Below the pieces are notes generated by a model. It was not told the origin of the DNA and did not search any database. It saw nothing but the letters and a program-made list of their open reading frames with translations. A program made the translations under genes and the position numbers. 64,000 nt of DNA from Auanema rhodensis (taxonomy: Eukaryota; Animalia; Nematoda). Numbering within the stretch: position 1 is the stretch's first letter; every line of letters starts with the position of its first letter. Shown piece by piece: positions 1-15,000 of this stretch. The stretch spans positions 19,344,001-19,408,000 of the forward strand of contig OZ059895.1 of NCBI GenBank assembly GCA_964057225.1, given 5' to 3'.

Positions 1-3000
1 CATAAATTAAAGTTCACGTAAATGCCAAAGTCATGGTTACCATGCACCAATATCAATAAAAATTTGTTTTTAGACTAATATGGACATGAGAAATCTAATT
101 TTGAAAACCGCATCTCTTCATCTTTCACGTGAAGCGAGTTACATACCACGTGCACATCACGTGTACATTTAATTAGCATAAATTAAAGTTCACGTAAATT
201 TCAAAGTCATGGTTACCATACACCAATATCAATAAAAATTTGTTTTTAGACTAATATGGACATAGGGAATCTAATTTTGAAAACCGCATCTCTTTATCTT
301 TCACGGGAAGCGAGTTACATACCGTTTGCACATCACGTGTATATATAATTAGCATAAATTAAAGTTCACGTAAATTTCAAAGTCATGGTTACCATACACC
401 GATATCAATAATGTTATGGTTTTAGACTAATATGGACATGGGGAATCTAATTTTGAGAACCGCATCTCTTTATCTTTCACGGGAAGCGAGTTACATACCA
501 CGTGCACATCACGTGTATATTTAATTAGCATAAATTAAAGTTCACGTAAATTTCAAAGTCATGGTTACCATACACCGATATCAATAATGTTATGGTTTTA
601 GACTAATATGGACATGGGGAATCTAATTTTGAAAACCGCATCTCTTCATCTTTCACGTGAAGCGAGTTACATACCACGTGCACATCACGTGTACATTTAA
701 TTAGCATAAATTAAAGTTCACGTAAATTTCAAAGTCATGGTTACCATACACCAATATCAATAAAAATTTGTTTTTAGACTAATATGGACATAGGGAATCT
801 AATTTTGAAAACCGCATCTCTTTATCTTTCACGGGAAGCGAGTTACATACCGTTTGCACATCACGTGTATATATAATTAGCATAAATTAAAGTTCACGTA
901 AATTTCAAAGTCATGGTTACCATGCACCAATATCAATAAAAGGGAATCTAATTTTGAGAACCGCATCTCTTTATCTTTCACGGGAAGCGAGTTACATACC
1001 ATGTGCACATCACGTGTACAATAAATTAGCATAAATTAAAGTTCACGTAAATTTGAAATTCATGGTAACCATACACCGATATCAATAATGTTTTGTTTTT
1101 AGACTAATATGGACATGGGGAATCTAATTTTGAAAACCGCATCTTTTTATCTTTCACGGGAAGCGAGTTACATACCATGTGCACATCACGTGTATATACA
1201 TATAATTAGCATGAAATAAAGTTCACGTAAATTTCAAAGTCATGGTTACCATGCACCAATATCAATAAAAATTTGTTTTTAGACTAATATGGACATGGGG
1301 AATCTAATTTTGAAAACCGCATCTTTTTATCTTTCACGGGAAGCGAGTTACATACCATGTGCACATCACGTGTATATATAATTAGCATAAATTAAAGTTC
1401 ACGTAAATTTCAAAGTCATTGTTACCACGCACCAATATCAATAATGTTATGTTTTTAGACTAATATGGACATGGGGAATCTAATTCTGAAAACCGCATCT
1501 CTTTATCTTTCACGGGAAGCGAGTTATTACATATCATTTGCACATCACGTGTATATATAATTAGCACAAATTAAAGTTCACGTAAATGCCAAAGTCATGG
1601 TTACCATGCACCAATATCAATAAAAATTTGTTTTTAGACTAATATGGACATGAGAAATCTAATTTTGAAAACCGCATCTCTTCATCTTTCACGTGAAGCG
1701 AGTTACATACCATGTGCACATCACGTGTATATACATATAATTAGCATGAATTAAAGTTCACGTAAATTTCAAAGTCATGGTTACCATGCACCAATATCAA
1801 TAAAAATTTGTTTTTAGACTAATATGGACATGGGGAATCTAATTTTGAAAACCGCATCTTTTTATCTTTCACGGGAAGCGAGTTACATACCATGTGCACA
1901 TCACGTGTATATATAATTAGCATAAATTAAAGTTCACGTAAATTTCAAAGTCATTGTTACCACGCACCAATATCAATAATGTTATGTTTTTAGACTAATA
2001 TGGACATGGGGAATCTAATTCTGAAAACCGCATCTCTTTATCTTTCACGGGAAGCGAGTTATTACATATCATTTGCACATCACGTGTATATATAATTAGC
2101 ATAAATTAAAGTTCACGTAAATGCCAAAGTCATGGTTACCATGCACCAATATCAATAAAAATTTGTTTTTAGACTAATATGGACATGAGAAATCTAATTT
2201 TGAAAACCGCATCTCTTCATCTTTCACGTGAAGCGAGTTACATACCATGTACACATCACGTGTATATATAATTAGCATAAATTAAAGTTCACGTAAATTT
2301 CAAAGTCATGGTTACCATGCACCAATATCAATAAAAATTTGTTTTTAGACTAATATGGACATGGGGAATCTAATTTTGAAAACCGCATCTTTTTATCTTT
2401 CACGGGAAGCGAGTTACATACCATGTGCACAGCACGTGTACAATTAATTAGCATAAATTAAAGTTCACGTAAATTTCAAAGTCATTGTTACCACGCACCA
2501 ATATCAATAATGTTATGTTTTTAGACTAATATGGACATGGGGAATCTAATTCTGAAAACCGCATCTCTTTATCTTTCACGGGAAGCGAGTTATTACATAT
2601 CATTTGCACATCACGTGTATATATAATTAGCATAAATTAAAGTTCACGTAAATGCCAAAGTCATGGTTACCATGCACCAATATCAATAAAAATTTGTTTT
2701 TAGACTAATATGGACATGAGAAATCTAATTTTGAAAACCGCATCTCTTCATCTTTCACGTGAAGCGAGTTACATACCACGTGCACATCACGTGTACATTT
2801 AATTAGCATAAATTAAAGTTCACGTAAATTTCAAAGTCATGGTTACCATACACCAATATCAATAAAAATTTGTTTTTAGACTAATATGGACATAGGGAAT
2901 CTAATTTTGAAAACCGCATCTCTTTATCTTTCACGGGAAGCGAGTTACATACCGTTTGCACATCACGTGTATATATAATTAGCATAAATTAAAGTTCACG

Positions 3001-6000
3001 TAAATTTCAAAGTCATGGTTACCATACACCGATATCAATAATGTTATGGTTTTAGACTAATATGGACATGGGGAATCTAATTTTGAGAACCGCATCTCTT
3101 TATCTTTCACGGGAAGCGAGTTACATACCATTTGCACATCACGTGTATATATAATTAGCATAAATTAAAGTTCACGTAAATTTCAAAGTCATGGTTACCA
3201 TGCACCAATATCAATAAAAGGGAATCTAATTTTGAGAACCGCATCTCTTTATCTTTCACGGGAAGCGAGTTACATACCATGTGCACATCACGTGTACAAT
3301 AAATTAGCATAAATTAAAGTTCACGTAAATTTGAAATTCATGGTAACCATACACCGATATCAATAATGTTTTGTTTTTAGACTAATATGGACATGGGGAA
3401 TCTAATTTTGAAAACCGCATCTTTTTATCTTTCACGGGAAGCGAGTTACATACCATGTGCACATCACGTGTATATACATATAATTAGCATGAATTAAAGT
3501 TCACGTAAATTTCAAAGTCATGGTTACCATGCACCAATATCAATAAAAATTTGTTTTTAGACTAATATGGACATGGGGAATCTAATTTTGAAAACCGCAT
3601 CTTTTTATCTTTCACGGGAAGCGAGTTACATACCATGTGCACATCACGTGTATATATAATTAGCATAAATTAAAGTTCACGTAAATTTCAAAGTCATTGT
3701 TACCACGCACCAATATCAATAATGTTATGTTTTTAGACTAATATGGACATGGGGAATCTAATTCTGAAAACCGCATCTCTTTATCTTTCACGGGAAGCGA
3801 GTTATTACATATCATTTGCACATCACGTGTATATATAATTAGCACAAATTAAAGTTCACGTAAATGCCAAAGTCATGGTTACCATGCACCAATATCAATA
3901 AAAATTTGTTTTTAGACTAATATGGACATGAGAAATCTAATTTTGAAAACCGCATCTCTTCATCTTCCACGTGAAGCGAGTTACATACCATGTGCACATC
4001 ACGTGTATATATAATTAGCATAAATTAAAGTTCACGTAAATTTCAAAGTCATGGTTACCATGCACCAATATCAATAAAAATTTGTTTTTAGACTAATATG
4101 GACATGGGGAATCTAATTTTGAAAACCGCATCTTTTTATCTTTCACGGGAAGCGAGTTACATACCATGTGCACAGCACGTGTACAATTAATTAGCATAAA
4201 TTAAAGTTCACGTAAATTTCAAAGTCATGGTTAACATGCACCAATATCGATAAAAATTTGTTTTAAGACTAATATGGACATGAGAAATCTAATTTTGAAA
4301 ACCGCATCTCTTCATCTTTCACGTGAAGCGAGTTACATACCAAGTACACATCACGTGTACATTTAATTAGCATAAATTAAAGTTCACGTAAATTTCAAAG
4401 TCATGGTTAACATGCACCAATATCAATAAAAATTCGTTTTTAGACTAATATGGACATGGGGAATCTAATTTTGAAAACCGCATCTTTTTATCTTTCACGG
4501 GAAGCGAGTTACATACCATGTGCACATCACGTGTATATACATATAATTAGCATGAATTAAAGTTCACGTAAATTTCAAAGTCATGGTTACCATGCACCAA
4601 TATCAATAAAAATTTGTTTTTAGACTAATATGGACATGGGGAATCTAATTTTGAAAACCGCATCTCTTTATCTTTCACGGGAAGCGAGTTACATACCATT
4701 TGCACATCACGTGTATATATATATAGCATAAATTAAAGTTCACGTAAATTTCAAAGTCATGGTTACCATGCACCAATATCAATAAAAATTTGTTTTTAGA
4801 CTAATATGGACATGGGGAATCTAATTTTGAAAACCGAATCTTTTTATCTTTCACGGGAAGCGAGTTACATACCATTTGCACATCACGTGTATATATAATT
4901 AGCATAAATTAAAGTTCACGTAAATTTCAAAGTCATGGTTACCATGCACCAATATCAATAAAAATTTGTTTTTAGACTAATATGGACATGGGGAATCTAA
5001 TTATGAAAACCGCATCTCTTTATCTTTCACGGGAAGCGAGTTACATACCATGTGCACATCACGTGTACATTTAATTAGCATAAATTAAAGTTCACGTAAA
5101 TTTCAAAGTCATGGTTACCATGCACCAATATCAATAAAAATTTGTTTTTAGACTAATATGGACATGGGGAATCTAATTATGAAAACCGCATCTCTTTATC
5201 TTTCACGGGAAGCGAGTTACATACCATTTGCACATCACGTGTATATATAATTAGCATAAATTAAAGTTCACGTAAATTTCAAAGTCATGGTTACCATGCA
5301 CCAATATCAATAAAAATTTGTTTTTAGACTAATATGGACATGGGGAATCTAATTATGAAAACCGCATCTCTTTATCTTTCACGGGAAGCGAGTTACATAC
5401 CATGTGCACATCACGTGTACATTTAATTAGCATAAATTAAAGTTCACGTAAATTTCAAAGTCATGGTTACCATGCACCAATATCAATAAAAATTTGTTTT
5501 TAGACTAATATGGACATGGGGAATCTAATTATGAAAACCGCATCTCTTTATCTTTCACGGGAAGCGAGTTACATACCATTTGCACATCACGTGTATATAT
5601 AATTAGCATAAATTAAAGTTCACGTAAATTTCAAAGTCATGGTTACCATGCACCAATATCAATAAAAATTTGTTTTTAGACTAATATGGACATGGGGAAT
5701 CTAATTCTGAAAACCGCATCTCTTTATCTTTCACGGGAAGCGAGTTATTACATACCATTTGCACATCACGTGTATATATAATTAGCATAAATTAAAGTTC
5801 ACGTAAATTTCAAAGTCATGGTTACCATGCACCAATATCAATAAAAATTTGTTTTTAGACTAATATGGACAAGAGAAATCTAATTTTGAAAACCGCATCT
5901 CTTCATCTTTCACGTGAAGCGAGTTACATACCACGTGCACATCACGTGTACAATTAATTAGCATAAATTAAAGTTCACGTAAATTTCACAGTCATGGTTA

Positions 6001-9000
6001 CCATGCACCAATATCAATAAAAATTTGTTTTTAGACTAATATGGACATGGGGAATCTAATTTTGAGAACCGCATCTTTTTATTTTTCACGGGAAGCGAGT
6101 TACACACCATGTGCACATCACGTGTACATTTAATTAGCATAACTTAAAGTTCACGTAAATTTCAAAGTCATGGTTACCATGCACCAATATCATTAAAAAT
6201 TTGTTTTTAGACTAATATGGACATGGGGAATCTAATTTTGAAAACCGCATCTTTTTATTTTTCACGGGAAGCGAGTTACACACCATGTGCACATCACGTG
6301 TACATTTAATTAGCATAACTTAAAGTTCACGTAAATTTCAAAGTCATGGTTAACATGCACCAATATCGATAAAAATTTGTTTTAAGACTAATATGGACAT
6401 GGGAAATCTAATTTTGAAAACCGCATCTCTTCATCTTTCACGTGAAGCGAGTTACATACCAAGTACACATCACGTGTATATATAATTAGCATAAATTAAA
6501 GTTCACGTAAATTTCAAAGTCATGGTTACCATGCACCAATATCAATAAAAATTTGTTTTTAGACTAATATGGACATGGGGAATCTAATTTTGAAAACCGC
6601 ATCTTTTTATCTTTCACGGGAAGCGAGTTACATACCATGTGCACATTACGTGTATATACATATAATTAGCATGAATTAAAGTTCACGTAAATTTCAAAGT
6701 CATGGTTACCATGCACCAATATCAATAAAAATTTGTTTTTAGACTAATATGGACATGGGGAATCTAATTTTGAAAACCGCATCTCTTTATCTTTCACGGG
6801 AAGCGAGTTACATACCGTTTGCACATCACGTGTATATATAATTAGCATAAATTAAAGTTCACGTAAATTTCAAAGTCATGGTTACCATACACCGATATCA
6901 ATAATGTTATGGTTTTAGACTAATATGGACATGGGGAATCTAATTTTGAAAACCGCATCTCTTTATCTTTCACGGGAAGCGAGTTACATACCATTTGCAC
7001 ATTACGTGTATATATAATTAGCATAAATTAAAGTTCACGTAAATTTCAAAGTCATTGTTACCATGCACCAATATCAATAAAAATTTGTTTTTAGACTAAT
7101 ATGGACATGGGGAATCTAATTTTGAAAACCGCATCTTTTTATCTTTCACGGGAAGCGAGTTACATACCATGTGCACATCACGTGTACAATAAATTAGCAT
7201 AAATTAAAGTTCACGTAAATTTGAAATTCATGGTAACCATACACCGATATCAATAATGTTTTGTTTTTAGACTAATATGGACATGGGGAATCTAATTTTG
7301 AAAACCGCATCTTTTTATCTTTCACGGGAAGCGAGTTACATACCATGTGCACATCACGTGTATATACATATAATTAGCATGAATTAAAGTTCACGTAAAT
7401 TTCAAAGTCATGGTTACCATGCACCAATATCAATAAAAATTCGTTTTTAGACTAATATGGACATGGGGAATCTAATTTTGAAAACCGCATCTTTTTATCT
7501 TTCACGGGAAGCGAGTTACATACCATGTGCACATCACGTGTATATATAATTAGCATAAATTAAAGTTCACGTAAATTTCAAAGTCATGGTTACCATGCAC
7601 CAATATCAATAAAAATTTGTTTTTAGACTAATATGGACATGGGGAATCTAATTTTGAAAACCGCATCTTTTTATCTTTCACGGGAAGCGAGTTACATACC
7701 ATGTGCACAGCACGTGTACAATTAATTAGCATAAATTAAAGTTCACGTAAATTTCAAAGTCATTGTTACCACGCACCAATATCAATAATGTTATGTTTTT
7801 AGACTAATATGGACATGGGGAATCTAATTTTGAAAACCGCATCTCTTTATCTTTCACGGGAAGCGAGTTACATACCACGTGCACATCACGTGTACATTTA
7901 ATTAGCATAAATTAAAGTTCACGTAAATTTCAAAGTCATTGTTACCATGCACCAATATCAATAAAAATTTGTTTTTAGACTAATATGGACATGGGGAATC
8001 TAATTTTGAGAACCGCATCTCTTTATCTTTCACGGAAAGCGAGTTACATACCACGTGCACATCACGTGTACATTTAATTAGCATAAATTAAAGTTCACGT
8101 AAATTTCAAAGTCATTGTTACCATGCACCAATATCAATAAAAATTTGTTTTTAGACTAATATGGACATGGGGAATCTAATTTTTAGAACCGCATCTCTTT
8201 ATCTTTCACGGAAAGCGAGTTACATACCAAGTGCACATCACGTGTATATATAATTAGCATAAATTAAAGTTCACGTAAATTTCAAAGTCATGGTTACCAT
8301 ACACCGATATCAATAATGTTATGGTTTTAGACTAATATGGACATGGGGAATCTAATTTTGAAAACCGCATCTCTTTATCTTTCACGGGAAGCGAGTTACA
8401 TACCATTTGCACATCACGTGTACATTTAATTAGCATAAATTAAAGTTCACGTAAATTTCAAAGTCATGGTTACCATGCACCAATATCAATAATGTTATGT
8501 TTTTAGACTAATATGGACATGGGAAATCTAATTTTGAAAACAGCATCTTTTTATCTTTCACGGGAAGCGAGTTACATACCATTTGCACATCACGTGTATA
8601 TATAATTAGCATAAATTAAAGTTCACGTAAATTTCAAAGTCATGGTTACCATACACCGATATCAATAATGTTATGGTTTTAGACTAATATGGACATGGGG
8701 AATCTAATTTTGAAAACCGCATCTCTTTATCTTTCACGGGAAGCGAGTTACATACCATTTGCACATCACGTGAATATATAATTAGCATCAATTAAAGTTC
8801 ACGTAAATTTCAAAGTCATGGTTACCATGCACCAATATCAATAAAAATTTGTTTTTAGACTAATATGGACATGAGGAATCTAATTTTGAAAACCGCATCT
8901 TTTTATCTTTCACGGGAAGCGAGTTACATACCATTTGCACATCACGTGTATATATAATTAGCATAAATTAAAGTTCACGTAAATTTCAAAGTCATGGTTA

Positions 9001-12000
9001 CCATGCACCAATATCAATAAAAATTTGTTTTTAGACTAATATGGACATGGGGAATCTAATTTTGAAAACCGCATCTCTTTATCTTTCACGGGAAGCGAGT
9101 TATTACATACCATTTGCACATCACGTGTATATATAATTAGCATAAATTAAAGTTCACGTAAATTTCAAAGTCATTGTTACCATGCACCAATATCAATAAA
9201 AATTTGTTTTTAGACTAATATGGACATGGGGAATCTAATTTTGAAAACCGCATCTCTTTATCTTTCACGGGAAGCGAGTTACATACCATGTGCACATCAC
9301 GTGTACAATTAATTAGCATAAATTAAAGTTCACGTAAATTTCAAAGTCATTGTTACCACGCACCAATATCAATAATGTTATGTTTTTAGACTAATATGGA
9401 CATGGGGAATCTAATTTTGAAAACCGCATCTCTTTATCTTTCACGGGAAGCGAGTTACATACCATTTGCACATCACGTGTATATATAATTAGCATAAATT
9501 AAAGTTCACGTAAATTTCAAAGTCATGGTTACCATGCACCAATATCAATAAAAATTTGTTTTTAGACTAATATGGACATGGGGAATCTAATTTTGAAAAC
9601 CGCATCTCTTTATCTTTCACGGGAAGCGAGTTACATACCATTTGCACATCACGTGTATATATAATTAGCATAAATTAAAGTTCACGTAAATTTCAAAGTC
9701 ATTGTTACCACGCACCAATATCAATAATGTTATGTTTTTAGACTAATATGGACATGGGGAATCTAATTTTGAAAACCGCATCTCTTCATCTTTCACGTGA
9801 AGCGAGTTACATACCACGTGCACATCACGTGTACAATTAATTAGCATAAATTAAAGTTCACGTAAATTTCACAGTCATGGTTACCATGCACCAATATCAA
9901 TAAAAATTTGTTTTTAGACTAATATGGACATGGGGAATCTAATTTTGAGAACCGCATCTTTTTATTTTTCACGGGAAGCGAGTTACACACCATGTGCACA
10001 TCACGTGTACATTTAATTAGCATAACTTAAAGTTCACGTAAATTTCAAAGTCATGGTTACCATGCACCAATATCATTAAAAATTTGTTTTTAGACTAATA
10101 TGGACATGGGGAATCTAATTTTGAAAACCGCATCTTTTTATCTTTCACGGGAAGCGAGTTACATACCATGTGCACATCACGTGTACACTTAATTAGCATA
10201 AATTAAAGTTCACGTAAATTTCAAAGTCATGGTTAACATGCACCAATATCGATAAAAATTTGTTTTAAGACTAATATGGACATGGGGAATCTAATTTTGA
10301 AAACCGCATCTCTTCATCTTTCACGTGAAGCGAGTTACATACCACGTGCACATCACGTGTACAATTAATTAGCATAAATTAAAGTTCACGTAAATTTCAC
10401 AGTCATTGTTACCATGCACCAATATCAATAAAAATTTGTTTTTAGACTAATATGGACATGGGGAATCTAATTTTTAGAACCGCATCTCTTTATCTTTCAC
10501 GGGAAGCGAGTTACATACCATGTGCACATTACGTGTATATACATATAATTAGCATGAATTAAAGTTCACGTAAATTTCAAAGTCATGGTTACCATGCACC
10601 AATATCAATAAAAATTTGTTTTTAGACTAATATGGACATGGGGAATCTAATTTTGAAAACCGCATCTCTTTATCTTTCACGGGAAGCGAGTTACATACCG
10701 TTTGCACATCACGTGTATATATAATTAGCATAAATTAAAGTTCACGTAAATTTCAAAGTCATGGTTACCATACACCGATATCAATAATGTTATGGTTTTA
10801 GACTAATATGGACATGGGGAATCTAATTTTGAAAACCGCATCTCTTTATCTTTCACGGGAAGCGAGTTACATACCATTTGCACATTACGTGTATATATAA
10901 TTAGCATAAATTAAAGTTCACGTAAATTTCAAAGTCATTGTTACCATGCACCAATATCAATAAAAATTTGTTTTTAGACTAATATGGACATGGGGAATCT
11001 AATTTTGAAAACCGCATCTTTTTATCTTTCACGGGAAGCGAGTTACATACCATGTGCACATCACGTGTACAATAAATTAGCATAAATTAAAGTTCACGTA
11101 AATTTGAAATTCATGGTAACCATACACCGATATCAATAATGTTTTGTTTTTAGACTAATATGGACATGGGGAATCTAATTTTGAAAACCGCATCTTTTTA
11201 TCTTTCACGGGAAGCGAGTTACATACCATGTGCACATCACGTGTATATACATATAATTAGCATGAATTAAAGTTCACGTAAATTTCAAAGTCATGGTTAC
11301 CATGCACCAATATCAATAAAAATTCGTTTTTAGACTAATATGGACATGGGGAATCTAATTTTGAAAACCGCATCTTTTTATCTTTCACGGGAAGCGAGTT
11401 ACATACCATGTGCACATCACGTGTATATATAATTAGCATAAATTAAAGTTCACGTAAATTTCAAAGTCATGGTTACCATGCACCAATATCAATAAAAATT
11501 TGTTTTTAGACTAATATGGACATGGGGAATCTAATTTTGAAAACCGCATCTTTTTATCTTTCACGGGAAGCGAGTTACATACCATGTGCACAGCACGTGT
11601 ACAATTAATTAGCATAAATTAAAGTTCACGTAAATTTCAAAGTCATTGTTACCACGCACCAATATCAATAATGTTATGTTTTTAGACTAATATGGACATG
11701 GGGAATCTAATTTTGAAAACCGCATCTCTTTATCTTTCACGGGAAGCGAGTTACATACCACGTGCACATCACGTGTACATTTAATTAGCATAAATTAAAG
11801 TTCACGTAAATTTCAAAGTCATTGTTACCATGCACCAATATCAATAAAAATTTGTTTTTAGACTAATATGGACATGGGGAATCTAATTTTGAGAACCGCA
11901 TCTCTTTATCTTTCACGGAAAGCGAGTTACATACCACGTGCACATCACGTGTACATTTAATTAGCATAAATTAAAGTTCACGTAAATTTCAAAGTCATTG

Positions 12001-15000
12001 TTACCATGCACCAATATCAATAAAAATTTGTTTTTAGACTAATATGGACATGGGGAATCTAATTTTTAGAACCGCATCTCTTTATCTTTCACGGAAAGCG
12101 AGTTACATACCAAGTGCACATCACGTGTATATATAATTAGCATAAATTAAAGTTCACGTAAATTTCAAAGTCATGGTTACCATACACCGATATCAATAAT
12201 GTTATGGTTTTAGACTAATATGGACATGGGGAATCTAATTTTGAAAACCGCATCTCTTTATCTTTCACGGGAAGCGAGTTACATACCATTTGCACATCAC
12301 GTGTACATTTAATTAGCATAAATTAAAGTTCACGTAAATTTCAAAGTCATGGTTACCATGCACCAATATCAATAATGTTATGTTTTTAGACTAATATGGA
12401 CATGGGAAATCTAATTTTGAAAACAGCATCTTTTTATCTTTCACGGGAAGCGAGTTACATACCATTTGCACATCACGTGTATATATAATTAGCATAAATT
12501 AAAGTTCACGTAAATTTCAAAGTCATGGTTACCATACACCGATATCAATAATGTTATGGTTTTAGACTAATATGGACATGGGGAATCTAATTTTGAAAAC
12601 CGCATCTCTTTATCTTTCACGGGAAGCGAGTTACATACCATTTGCACATCACGTGAATATATAATTAGCATCAATTAAAGTTCACGTAAATTTCAAAGTC
12701 ATGGTTACCATGCACCAATATCAATAAAAATTTGTTTTTAGACTAATATGGACATGAGGAATCTAATTTTGAAAACCGCATCTTTTTATCTTTCACGGGA
12801 AGCGAGTTACATACCATTTGCACATCACGTGTATATATAATTAGCATAAATTAAAGTTCACGTAAATTTCAAAGTCATGGTTACCATGCACCAATATCAA
12901 TAAAAATTTGTTTTTAGACTAATATGGACATGGGGAATCTAATTTTGAAAACCGCATCTCTTTATCTTTCACGGGAAGCGAGTTATTACATACCATTTGC
13001 ACATCACGTGTATATATAATTAGCATAAATTAAAGTTCACGTAAATTTCAAAGTCATTGTTACCATGCACCAATATCAATAAAAATTTGTTTTTAGACTA
13101 ATATGGACATGGGGAATCTAATTTTGAAAACCGCATCTCTTTATCTTTCACGGGAAGCGAGTTACATACCATGTGCACATCACGTGTACAATTAATTAGC
13201 ATAAATTAAAGTTCACGTAAATTTCAAAGTCATTGTTACCACGCACCAATATCAATAATGTTATGTTTTTAGACTAATATGGACATGGGGAATCTAATTT
13301 TGAAAACCGCATCTCTTTATCTTTCACGGGAAGCGAGTTACATACCATTTGCACATCACGTGTATATATAATTAGCATAAATTAAAGTTCACGTAAATTT
13401 CAAAGTCATGGTTACCATGCACCAATATCAATAAAAATTTGTTTTTAGACTAATATGGACATGGGGAATCTAATTTTGAAAACCGCATCTCTTTATCTTT
13501 CACGGGAAGCGAGTTACATACCATTTGCACATCACGTGTATATATAATTAGCATAAATTAAAGTTCACGTAAATTTCAAAGTCATTGTTACCACGCACCA
13601 ATATCAATAATGTTATGTTTTTAGACTAATATGGACATGGGGAATCTAATTTTGAAAACCGCATCTCTTCATCTTTCACGTGAAGCGAGTTACATACCAC
13701 GTGCACATCACGTGTACAATTAATTAGCATAAATTAAAGTTCACGTAAATTTCACAGTCATGGTTACCATGCACCAATATCAATAAAAATTTGTTTTTAG
13801 ACTAATATGGACATGGGGAATCTAATTTTGAGAACCGCATCTTTTTATTTTTCACGGGAAGCGAGTTACACACCATGTGCACATCACGTGTACATTTAAT
13901 TAGCATAACTTAAAGTTCACGTAAATTTCAAAGTCATGGTTACCATGCACCAATATCATTAAAAATTTGTTTTTAGACTAATATGGACATGGGGAATCTA
14001 ATTTTGAAAACCGCATCTTTTTATCTTTCACGGGAAGCGAGTTACATACCATGTGCACATCACGTGTACACTTAATTAGCATAAATTAAAGTTCACGTAA
14101 ATTTCAAAGTCATGGTTAACATGCACCAATATCGATAAAAATTTGTTTTAAGACTAATATGGACATGAGAAATCTAATTTTGAAAACCGCATCTTTTTAT
14201 CTTTCACGGGAAGCGAGTTACATACCATTTGCACATCACGTGTATATATAATTAGCATAAATTAAAGTTCACGTAAATTTCAAAGTCATGGTTACCATAC
14301 ACCGATATCAATAATGTTATGGTTTTAGACTAATATGGACATGGGGAATCTAATTTTGAAAACCGCATCTCTTTATCTTTCACGGGAAGCGAGTTACATA
14401 CCATTTGCACATCACGTGAATATATAATTAGCATCAATTAAAGTTCACGTAAATTTCAAAGTCATGGTTACCATGCACCAATATCAATAAAAATTTGTTT
14501 TTAGACTAATATGGACATGGGGAATCTAATTTTGAAAACCGCATCTTTTTATCTTTCACGGGAAGCGAGTTACATACCATTTGCACATCACGTGTATATA
14601 TAATTAGCATAAATTAAAGTTCACGTAAATTTCAAAGTCATGGTTACCATGCACCAATATCAATAAAAATTTGTTTTTAGACTAATATGGACATGGGGAA
14701 TCTAATTTTGAAAACCGCATCTCTTTATCTTTCACGGGAAGCGAGTTATTACATACCATTTGCACATCACGTGTATATATAATTAGCATAAATTAAAGTT
14801 CACGTAAATTTCAAAGTCATTGTTACCATGCACCAATATCAATAAAAATTTGTTTTTAGACTAATATGGACATGGGGAATCTAATTTTGAAAACCGCATC
14901 TCTTTATCTTTCACGGGAAGCGAGTTACATACCATGTGCACATCACGTGTACAATTAATTAGCATAAATTAAAGTTCACGTAAATTTCAAAGTCATTGTT

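Noticed and set aside
1-176. Identity with alpha satellite, Arabidopsis CEN178, a CENP-B box, or a 5S/tRNA/SL-RNA tandem gene
   Set aside because: Only the length is similar. I recognise no sequence match, CENP-B box, Pol III boxes or spliced-leader sequence. A database search would be needed to name the family.
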